From: Marsupella aquatica | Taxonomy: Eukaryota > Plantae > Marchantiophyta | Direction of reading: 5' to 3' | Assembly (NCBI GenBank): GCA_973895155.1 | Contig: OZ316893.1 | Span: 25,966,798 to 26,030,797, forward strand | Length of the DNA stretch: 64,000 bases | Shown here: piece by piece, positions 24,760 to 34,221 of the stretch | Layout: the number at the start of each line of letters is the position of its first letter | How positions within the stretch are numbered: position 1 is the stretch's first letter | The notes under the pieces: model-generated | What the model was told of the DNA's origin: nothing | Database searches by the model: none | What the model saw: only the letters and a program-made list of their open reading frames with translations | Translations under genes and position numbers: made by a program

Positions 24760-25617
24760 ATGGGGACTTTCAAGCTTGGGGGACCCAAGTATGAAGTGAC
24801 AAAGTATGATGGGCGCTCTGACTACTTGCTATGGGAGAAGCAAGTGAAGGGAGTGCTTTATGCGTCAGGGATGGGCCAACTGCTGAGCCCTCGTGAAGAC
24901 GATGTTGATGAGAAACAATGGGACCGCATGCAGGAGCAGGGAGTGTGGTGTGTTACACTCTATCTCATGCCTCCCATCATCAAGCAGTTAGGTGCACATA
25001 AGGATTGCATGTCCTTGTTTGCGGAATTGCAGAGCAAGTATCACCGCAAGGAGTTGTCGAACCGGCTCTACACTTCCTACAAACTGATGAGTTTCAGGAT
25101 GAAGGAATCTGGTACGAAGTTGCAAGACCATGTGGATGCTTTCAACGACATGGTCGTTGACTTGGAAAACCTTGGGGAGACTTTGAATGATGAGACGAAG
25201 GCTCTGCAGCTTCTTAGTTCATTGCCTCCATCTTACCAGTCCCTATCACGAGTGTTGTTGCATCGTGATAGGGATACCATTTCATACAATGACGTGGTAA
25301 GTTCTCTGCTTAGTGATGATCTTCAGCAGAAGATGCACATCACGTCACAGCCTTCATCATCTGGTGCTGCCCTCAATGTTAACCGTGGGAGGAGTATGCA
25401 GCGACCAACTGGGGACCGTAGAACCCAGTTTAGATCTAAATCCAGATCTAAGTCCAAGGGTAAATCCCCTCAGAGGAGGCAGGTGACATGTTGGAAGTGC
25501 AACCAAGTTGGACACTTCAAGCGAGACTGTAAGGGAAAGGCAGCGGAAACTTCATCGGCAAATGTGGCTAGGGCTGATGGAGAAGCTGATTTACTCAATG
25601 ATGAGTATGTTTTATGA
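24760..25617 (+). CDS. gag: copia Gag (frame open from 24613; first ATG at 24760)
   Basis: KYEVTKYDGRSDY.., LLSSLPPSY, CCHC zinc knuckle CWKCNQVGHFKRDC; ends at TGA 25615-25617. Confidence 0.93.
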   Translation: MGTFKLGGPKYEVTKYDGRSDYLLWEKQVKGVLYASGMGQLLSPREDDVDEKQWDRMQEQGVWCVTLYLMPPIIKQLGAHKDCMSLFAELQSKYHRKELSNRLYTSYKLMSFRMKESGTKLQDHVDAFNDMVVDLENLGETLNDETKALQLLSSLPPSYQSLSRVLLHRDRDTISYNDVVSSLLSDDLQQKMHITSQPSSSGAALNVNRGRSMQRPTGDRRTQFRSKSRSKSKGKSPQRRQVTCWKCNQVGHFKRDCKGKAAETSSANVARADGEADLLNDEYVL

Positions 25618-28600
25618 AGCCGGGGGTATGCCCTGTGCACGTCATCTAGGAGAGCAGATGATGTGTGGATTCTTGATTGTGCTTGCTCTTTTCATATTTG
25701 TTACATTCGTGAGTTTTTCAGTTCTTACTCTGTTTCAAACGGTTCAGTTCTGATGGGAAATGATCACTCCTGTCAAATTGAGGGAATTGGGTCTGTGAAG
25801 ATTCAAATGTTTGATGGCGCTGTGCGCATAGTGTCCGGAGTCAGGTATGTACCTGGCATGCGTAAGAATCTGATTTCACTCGGTGTGTTGGATTCAAATG
25901 GTCATCAATGGAGCGTTATTGATGGTGAACTTCAAGTCAGGTCGGGAGAGACAGTGATTTTGAAGGGGAGTAGACAAAAGAATTTGTATGTGTTACAGGG
26001 CAATACTGTATGTGGAGAGGCCAATGTAACCAAGTCTCACGAGGAGATGACTCAACTGTGGCATTCACGGCTAGGCCACATGAGTGAGAAGGGTTTGGCT
26101 ATCTTACGGAAGAATGGACTCATTTCTGATTTGCAATCTTGTAAATTAGAGTTTTGTGAGCATTGCATTCTTGGAAAGCAGCATCGTCGTGCTTTTGGTG
26201 TTGGAACTCATCGTTCCAAAGCGGTTCTTGAGTACATACATAGTGACGTGTGGGGTCCATCCCCGACTCCCTCACACTCTGGAAAGTTGTACTATGTATC
26301 ATTTATTGATGATTACTCAAGATTTGTGTGGATTTATTTCATGACGCATAAGTCTGATGTCTTGTCCATTTTTAAGAAGTGGAAGGCCCAGGTGGAGAAT
26401 CAGACTGGAAACACGATCAAGTGTTTGGATACAAGGGTGAAGAGTCTGAGGTCAGACAACGGCGGGGAGTACACTTCAATGGAATTTGAAGAGTACTGTT
26501 CAGAACAGGGGATAACTCGCCATCTCACCACAGTTTATACTCCGCAGCAGAATGGTGTCGCTGAGAGGCTCAATCGGACACTGTTGGAGCGGTCACGGAG
26601 TATGTTGAGCCAATCAGGTTTACCACAAGAATTTTGGGCAGAAGCTGTCAATACCGCAGCTTATTTGGTAAATCTTTCTCCTTCTAGTGCTATCAATTTC
26701 AAAACGCCGTTTGAGATGCGCTATAAGCGGCAAGCAGACTATCATGGCTTGGTAATTTTTGGAAGTGATGCATATGCTCTCACACCAAAGCAGAATAGGA
26801 CCAAGTTGGATCCTACCTCCAGGAAATGTGTTTTTCTTGGGTACCAGAGTGGTGTGAAAGCCTATAGGCTATGGGATCCTATTGCCTGTAAGCTCGTTGT
26901 CAGTAGGGATGTTTCCTTCAATGAATCCAGATTATTGAAGGAGGGGGAGAATACTCAGGTCTCCCGTACTGACAAAGGAAAATCTCCTATCCCGGATCTC
27001 GTTGAGGGGGAGATTGGTTATGAGGTGCATGACCGGAGAGAAGGAGTTGCTCCAATTATGGAGCTGGTTCCTGTGCCAGAGGAACCAGAGGAGTTTGTTG
27101 ATGCTGGTGAGCAGCAAGTGGATGCTGTTGAGCTTCAAATTGTACCAGCACACGCAGATCAACCGGAGTCATCGGCTAGAAGAACATCTGGTCGCACTGT
27201 ACGCGCTCCATCAAGGTATGGACAGTGGGTTGATTCATCTCAACTGCAAGAGGATGATTTTACAGCTGATGATGAGGGTGATGCGTTAATTTTGGAAGAA
27301 GGAGAACCTTCTTCATTTCATGAGGCAAGTGCTTCAAAGGAGAAGCAGAAGTGGACTGCAGCAATGCAAACGGAGATGCAGTCACTAAAGGACAACAAAA
27401 CTTGGGAGCTTGTTAAGCTGCCTAAGGGTCAGCAAGTGGTGGACAACAAGTGGATTTACAAGCTGAAGGATAATTCCATAGGAGGTGGATCGAAGGTCTA
27501 CAAGGCTAGATTGGTAGCAAAGGGATTCACACAAGAGAAAGGTGTGGATTACAATGAGGTCTTCTCACCAGTTGCTAAGTACTCTACAATACGACTATTG
27601 TGTGTACTTGTTGTAATGTTTGGTCTGCTCCTAGATCAGATGGATGTTGTCACAGCTTTCCTCTATGGCACATTGGAAGAGGTGATCTTCATGAGACAAC
27701 CGCTAGGTTTTGTGAAGAGAGGACAGGAGGAATTGGTTTGCAGATTGCTGAAATCCTTGTATGGGTTGAAGCAGTCACCAAGACAGTGGAACAAGCGGTT
27801 TGACGATTGGATTCGGTCACAAGGTTTTCACAGAAGTGTATTTGACCCTTGTGTGTATTTGAAACCGGTGAAGAATGTTGTCTTTGGGTTCATTGTTTTA
27901 GTACTTTATGTGGATGACATGCTAATTGCAGCCAAGGATAGGTCTGAGATTGTTAAGCTCAAGGCACTGCTTAGTGCAGAGTTTAAGATGAAGGACTTAG
28001 GGCCAGCTAAGAGGATTTTGGGTATGGAGATCACTAGGGACTTGGAGGCTGGCAAGCTATGGTTGACGCAGAGCAGTTATGCGAGGAAGGTAATTGCAAG
28101 GTTCAACATGGAGAATAGCAAGCCAGTAAGTACCCCGTTGGCTCCACACTTCAAGTTATCATCAGTGTTCTGTCCTACGGATAACACAGAGAAGGGGTTG
28201 ATGTCAAAGGTTCCATATGACAAGGCAGTGGGGAGTCTCATGTATTTGATGACTTGCACTAGACCTGATCTTGCCATGGCTATGGGCAAGGTGAGCAGGT
28301 ACATGTCAAATCCAGGGAAGGTACACTGGGAAGCAGTGAAGTGGATTATCAGGTACTTGAAGGGTACCGTGGATCATGGTCTTTTATTTGATGCGAATGC
28401 AAAGAATGCTAGATCATTGATTGGCTATGTAGATTCTGACTATGGACAAGATTTGGACCGAAGGAGATCAACAACAGGATACGTGTTCACACTTGGCGGT
28501 GGATGCATAAGTTGGAGGTCTACTTTGCAGAAGTGTATTGCTCAGTCTACTACAGAAGCGGAGTATGTTGCAGCTGCGGAAGCAGCAAAGGAAGCGATTT

Positions 28601-28890
28601 GGTTGGATAGACTTATCACTGAAATGGGATTGCCACAGGGGAATGTGAAGCTCCATTGTGATAGTCAAAGTGCGCTCCACCTTGCTGTGAACCAGGTGAT
28701 GGACAGCAGAGTGAAGCACATTGACGTCAGGTACCATTTTATCAGGCAGGCTGTGTCTGATAATTTGTTTGAGCTAGTCAAGATTGATGGTAAACTCAAC
28801 CCGGCTGACGCATTTACCAAAGTGATTCCTTTGGAGAGTTTCTCTAGACACCGTGACGTATTGCAGGTTTTGCAATTGCATCACAAGTAG
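25618..28890 (+). CDS. pol: copia Pol (protease, integrase, RT, RNase H), same frame as gag
   Basis: WILDCACSFH (protease); LWHSRLGHMSE..CEHC, IHSDVWGP, RSDNGGEY, QQNGVAER (integrase); QMDVVTAFL, LYGLKQSPRQW, LYVDDML (RT); GYVDSD, STTEAEY, KHIDVRYHFIR (RNase H). Confidence 0.96.
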   Translation, partial: SRGYALCTSSRRADDVWILDCACSFHICYIREFFSSYSVSNGSVLMGNDHSCQIEGIGSVKIQMFDGAVRIVSGVRYVPGMRKNLISLGVLDSNGHQWSVIDGELQVRSGETVILKGSRQKNLYVLQGNTVCGEANVTKSHEEMTQLWHSRLGHMSEKGLAILRKNGLISDLQSCKLEFCEHCILGKQHRRAFGVGTHRSKAVLEYIHSDVWGPSPTPSHSGKLYYVSFIDDYSRFVWIYFMTHKSDVLSIFKKWKAQVENQTGNTIKCLDTRVKSLRSDNGGEYTSMEFEEYCSEQGITRHLTTVYTPQQNGVAERLNRTLLERSRSMLSQSGLPQEFWAEAVNTAAYLVNLSPSSAINFKTPFEMRYKRQADYHGLVIFGSDAYALTPKQNRTKLDPTSRKCVFLGYQSGVKAYRLWDPIACKLVVSRDVSFNESRLLKEGENTQVSRTDKGKSPIPDLVEGEIGYEVHDRREGVAPIMELVPVPEEPEEFVDAGEQQVDAVELQIVPAHADQPESSARRTSGRTVRAPSRYGQWVDSSQLQEDDFTADDEGDALILEEGEPSSFHEASASKEKQKWTAAMQTEMQSLKDNKTWELVKLPKGQQVVDNKWIYKLKDNSIGGGSKVYKARLVAKGFTQEKGVDYNEVFSPVAKYSTIRLLCVLVVMFGLLLDQMDVVTAFLYGTLEEVIFMRQPLGFVKRGQEELVCRLLKSLYGLKQSPRQWNKRFDDWIRSQGFHRSVFDPCVYLKPVKNVVFGFIVLVLYVDDMLIAAKDRSEIVKLKALLSAEFKMKDLGPAKRILGMEITRDLEAGKLWLTQSSYARKVIARFNMENSKPVSTPLAPHFKLSSVFCPTDNTEKGLMSKVPYDKAVGSLMYLMTCTRPDLAMAMGKVSRYMSNPGKVHWEAVKWIIRYLKGTVDHGLLFDANAKNARSLIGYVDSDYGQDLDRRRSTTGYVFTLGGGCISWRSTLQKCIAQSTTEAEYVAAAEAAKEAIWLDRLITEMGLPQGNVKLHCDSQSALHLAVNQVMDSRVKHIDVRYHFIRQAVSDNLFELVKIDGKLNPADAFTKVIPLESFSRHRDVLQVLQLHHK

Positions 28891-29070
28891 AGTTTTCTTA
28901 AACATTCATTGTAATTACTGATATATGCTCTTCCTCATTCCTATGTATTAGGCTACGGCTTAGTTCTGGTTTGCTCTAGTTAGAGAGGGAAACCGGTTTG
29001 GTTTCTGTCCAGAACTTCCCGCTGAGGGATCATATACATTGGCAGTATTACTCTCCCCTAGACCAGAGTC

Positions 29071-29081
29071 AAGGGGAAGAT
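29071..29081 (+). promoter_or_regulatory. polypurine tract
   Basis: AAGGGGAAGAT immediately before the 3' LTR. Confidence 0.9.
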
Positions 29082-29556
29082 TGTTGGGTATTTACTCTTA
29101 CGTCTAGGTTAGGTATGACGTGGTTGGTACAACAACGTGGGTTGGTACAACTACGTGGTTAGGTACAACTACGTGATTAGGTACAACTATGTGGTTAGGT
29201 ACAACTACGTGATTAGGTACAACTATGTGGTTAGGTACAACTACGTGATTAGGTACAACTATGTGGTTAGGTACAACTATGTGGTTAGGTACAACTAAGT
29301 TGCACACTATATCATAAGAGGCATGTGTGCTTGGAGAGGTAGAACCAAGGCTCATTGTTATGGAGCCACTTGAGAGATAGGGAGAGCTTACACTGTGGAG
29401 ACTCGGTATAGCCGACGGGCTTAGAGTTCAGTAAAGTTCTCTTGTGTGTTCCCGTGGACGTAGCCTCAAGGAGGTGAACCACGTATCTCTTGTGTCGACT
29501 ATTGTGCGTTGGATGGTTCATGGGCTTGCCGTTGCGATCGTCGTCTATGCTCAACA
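29082..29556 (+). repeat. 3' LTR (475 bp)
   Basis: Copy of 23714-24188 followed by TSD AATAG. Confidence 0.97.
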
Positions 29557-29797
29557 AATAGGGCCAAAGCACGCAGTGAAGGGGACCGGGAAGGGGACTG
29601 GGATAGGCAGTGTACGAGGCCCGACAAACTTGGCACCTTAACATAGATTTAATTAAATGTCATCTAAATTTCTCTAAGTGTCCCAGTAAGTGATTCCACA
29701 CATTGGGGGACTCACTAGGTGCAACTTTGACTTTCATGGTCTCACCAAGCAAAACACAACTGCTTGTATATATAGTCTTTCTTATATTAAGTATGTA

Positions 29798-30250
29798 CTA
29801 GCCCTATGCCTGTGCGTTGCACAAAAAATGTTGAGATGATAAAAGATATTGAGGAGATAAAAGATGTCAAGGTGATAAAAAAATGTTAAGGAGAAAAAAG
29901 ATATTGAGGTGAGCAAAAGATGCAAGGTGATAAAAGATGTCAAGGTGATAAAAGATTTCAAGGAGAGAAAAGATGTTGAGGAGATAAAAGATGTTGAGTT
30001 GAGAAAAAGATCTTAAGGAGAGAAAACGATGCCGAGCTGAGGAAAAGATGTTGGGGTGAAATAAAGATGTCGTGGTGAGAAAAAGATATGAAAGTGAGAA
30101 ACAATGTCAAGATGAGAAAACTATGTTGAGGGTGACAAAAAGAAGTCGAGGCAAGAAAAATATGCAAAGAAGAGGAACAATGTTGAAAAGAGAATATGTC
30201 AAGATAAATTAGTTGTCAAGGCACAAAAAGATATCAAGGCAAGGCAAGAT
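29798..30250 (-). mobile_element. Helitron-like 3' terminus with adjacent purine-rich minisatellite of about 19 bp
   Basis: Minus strand reads TGTGCAACGCACA (hairpin), GGCATAGGG, CTAG|T; about 20 degenerate units like gaggagataaaagatgtt at 29825-30250. Confidence 0.6.
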
Positions 30251-31158
30251 AATATAGGCATTGCAGGGTAGTTGTTGAGGCACATTATGTATCATCCTGG
30301 CCATATTCTCAGGTGGTTGTGCTCAATACCTTTGCATTGCAAAGAAGATGTTGTTGCGAAAAAGAAGTAATTGTGATAAATTGCGTAAAAGGTACCATTT
30401 CAAAAAGATTGTTTAGCCCAACCGATCGAGAACGGAAAAAACTCTATGCAAAAAATGATATGTCAGGTTATGGAAAGAAAATATGATCATAAGTTGAAGA
30501 GAGAGTTTAATTAAAAGCAAAAGTGGGTTCAAGAAGAAAGTGTTGTTGTAGTCACTTGTGAGAAGATTAATTGGGGTTCAATTGAATGGTAAGTAAACAG
30601 TATTATCAAATGAAGAACTTACTAAGCAAAAGATTTGTTAAGTGAAATCTTTGTCAAGTAAAAGTGATGTTGCAAGAGTTGTTGTTTTGATAATATTGTT
30701 GTTGTGGTTCAATGTTGCCCCAGCCAGATAAAATATTCCATCTCTCCCAAATAAATGCAACATGGGATGGCCAGAGTCAACAAACAAATAAGCAACCCTA
30801 ACTATCCTATCTGCTAGCCACGATGAACAGAATTCTAGGTCATTAGAAAAAACTTACCTCCTCAAGATAACAAAAAACCCCTTGACACCCCTCAAAAACA
30901 CAAAAAGTTACTTTAGAAAAGGTGTTAGGAATGTTAGAAATAAGAAACCACCCAAGAAAAGAACATATATTGGTTACATTATCTTGCTGGGAGTTTCACT
31001 AAGTGTATTTTTTTAATTAAAAAAATGTAAAAAAAGATCACTTAATTATTTGGAACTGGGCAAAGTAAGCAAAGAATAAGGGCAACACTGGCAAGGATAG
31101 TACATGCACAGGAATCAAGACAGGACAGAAAGCAAGGTGTACTTTCACCTGTCCTTGT

Positions 31159-31273
31159 CACGGAAAGCAAGGCATATTTCAAGGCCAGGATCTATCTTCC
31201 TGCCATGGATGATGGATGCCCACGGAAAGCAAGGCATATTTCAAGGCCAGGATCTGTCTTCCTGCCATGGATG
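31159..31273. repeat. 62-bp period tandem duplication
   Basis: cacggaaagcaaggcatatttcaaggccaggatct(a/g)tcttcctgccatggatg twice. Confidence 0.93.
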
Positions 31274-33091
31274 CCAAGATATAGGCTCCTGGGCAAAGTA
31301 AGTGAGCAATCAAAGAGGAGCATTAGGGGCATGATTTTGTGATCCGACGATTCTCAAAAAGTATTAAACAATCTAATGGCTCTGTATCACTCCCGCCCAA
31401 AGCTGTTTTTGTAAAGGGACGAAGGACCAAAAAGGGCGGCATTAGATATTATAGTTGTAGATATATTTCAAGGCAAAGAAGGAATAAAAATGAAAAGGCT
31501 AAGGGTGTCTCTAGCACTCCAAAGGCATTCACTATTCTTTGTAGGCCTACTTTGTTGGCTTTAGGGTCCCTGGCTAGACAAATTACTCTTAGGCTTTTCA
31601 GTTTGATACTCAGCAGGGATTTGGCGGCTGTGGGGGACTTTTGTAGGGGAATCAGGCACTTTTTAAGCTACTTGGTCTTGAGTTTCCCCATTTTATTGGG
31701 TCTCTTACTTGTGGGGTCCTGGGTTTTCCCTTCTTATTGGGTCATTTGCTTGTGGGATCCTGTCTCCAGCTTTGGAACCTTTTTTTCTTTGGCTGTGTGA
31801 TATACCTGTTTGTTTGTGTTTTAAAATTCATTGACTTGAGTAGACTTTGGTAGGTGAGACTAAAACTAAGAATTTAGACCAGCTAAAATTAAAAAGCAAC
31901 ATTTAAGATTATAAATATAATAAGGACAAACCAGGGAATGCAATGATGCAAACGTAAGCTGCTTGCTTGCTGCATTATTTTGTTACTTGGATGATGACGA
32001 TACTAACTGGCAACTTATTGATTGGTGATAGAGATGGTGCATGACTTACTGACATAGTGGGGTTGGTGATTCTGGAGTTTGAACGTTTCAGAAGCAGGGT
32101 GGAAAATCAGTAGTTATGGCACAACATGCTCCACTTGCTAGTTATACCTCTATAAATAAATGTTCATTTCGTTCATTGGTTAGCAAAATTTTATCTCTGA
32201 AATTGAAGCCTGGACGGACCTCCAAATTTGACAAGATGCTAGGATGGACTTTTGCAATGCGGATGGGCTGCAGCAAAACCCTATTTTCTGCTCATATAGA
32301 ACATATTACATCAAGGAGTGAGGTGTGGCAAGAATATGAGATTTCCTCTTTGGAAATTTGCAGGTCTCTCAGTTCCAAATAAAATATGACTATCTTAGGT
32401 TCATTGGATGTTTTTTTCATTGGAAAGATCTTTCCAAGCTGCTGGGATGAACCCCCAGAAATTCATTTTCTGTTGGATATTAAGGGAGATTTTGAAATGT
32501 CAAGTTAGCTACAAAAAACTTTTTGGAAACGGCATAGCATGGACTCCAAGTTAATCCTTAGACATACATGATTCTTTCAATTCTTCACAAAAACTAGAGA
32601 CATGAAACTGGTTGGGAAGATCTTTCCAAACCATTTCTGAAAAGCCCAAGATGAGCCAATTTAATAGGACATCAAGGAAGGCATTGCAGGTCAAATATAT
32701 ATTGAAGGTTGATTGAATTTGGGTGCTGGAAATGTTTTTGGAAAGAGAAGGGTGTCAGTGAGTGAAGATGCAAAGGATGTCACATCCATAGAGGTTGCTT
32801 GGTTCACAAGCTTAATCCATGGGAGCATCACTTTCCACCTACAACATTGTTTTATACAATTGTTTTTGAGGGAATTCTCAAGTAAATAAAATAAAAATAC
32901 TTTATTAGAGAAAAATGCTTTAGGGGACCCCTATGGAAAAGTATCTGCCCATACAGAGAGTGCAACAGGATGGGATCTTAAAAGTGAATTTCCAGTGCAG
33001 AGCTGAACAGTCCATCCTCATCGAGATTCTGACAACCACAGTGGGTTGGTCATAAAGGAGATACAGGGTATTATACAAACCAGTCTGGCCA

Positions 33092-33305
33092 CTTGTTGAC
33101 ATAATCTACAGGGGGCTGACAAATGGCCTCAAATGATCTCTGATTGAAGATGGGAATATCTGGTGAGAGGAAGAGTTCATGTACTTGGTATGATTCAAAC
33201 CAATCCTGCTAACTTGTTGAACATAGTCTGCAGGGGGCGAACAAATGGCCTCAAATCTCTGATTGAGGACTGGCATATCTGTTGAGAAGAAGAGTTCATG
33301 TACTG
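33092..33305. repeat. diverged duplication, period about 122 bp
   Basis: acaaatggcctcaaat..ctctgattga..atatctg..gaga..aagagttcatgtact twice. Confidence 0.8.
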
Positions 33306-34221
33306 TACTGACACAATTAACAAACGGGAGTAGCAGGGAGGTCTTTCGGTAATTGGAACTGGGGATCAAAGGAATAACAGCATCATTAGCACAAATGATT
33401 TTCATAAACTCGGGTCACAGTCAATTAGATCCTTGGGTGGCAGCAGAACTCATGTGCTGCATTGGAGAAAGATGTTTATAACGAAGTCTAATACATCTGT
33501 TAACGTGGAATTCTCTGGTATGGAGGGATGTCAGAGTCCACCCATCTGCGAGGACGGAGATGTAAAGTAAAACTTTCCTTCGATAGTCAAGCGCTAGCGA
33601 GATTCTTCTGTCATGCTGACCAAGGTCATTAATTATGTCCAGTGAGAACCAACCCAGAAGGAAGGTCTGAAAGCCATCTCATATGCCTGCCTACCATTGC
33701 CAACTACTTTACCGCACTGCAATCCAGAAAAATGGAATGTAATTTACCCGTAACCAGGGGGCGTATCCGTCAACTGGTATTCAGTCGCAGAAAAAATAAC
33801 CAGTATTAAAAATCAGATGATTACAAGCCGCCCACAGGAAGTTGGTGGGGGATCACAAATCTATGTAGATGAGCAGTCCTCAAGCTGCCAGGACCACTCA
33901 CTAGCTTACTCACAAGTGGGTGATAATCTACTCCAGGGTAGAAAAGAATTATACTACACTTTCACGACCTCTTCAACCCTGCGTTAGGGGTTCTCTGCTT
34001 ACCACTATCTATTGTCTATTGTCACACGATAGCCATATGAACATATCCTAGCTGAAAGGGCACGACTTAAAACTCTCACAGTGCAAACCCTGCTTATTCT
34101 TTCTATATACAAATGTCCTCAGATATGTGGAATACTCTGAAGGGGATTCCTGAATCCTAATCCCCATTGTGTTGCAAAAATGACGCGTCGATGAATAAAA
34201 ATAACAAATACTGAAATCTTA

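Larger units (their letters stand above)
23714..29556 (+). mobile_element. full-length Ty1/copia LTR retrotransposon (Tnt1/Tork-TAR-like)
   Basis: TG..CA LTRs 23714-24188 and 29082-29556; TSD AATAG at 23709-23713 and 29557-29561; PBS; PPT; gag then PR-INT-RT-RNaseH order. Confidence 0.98.
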
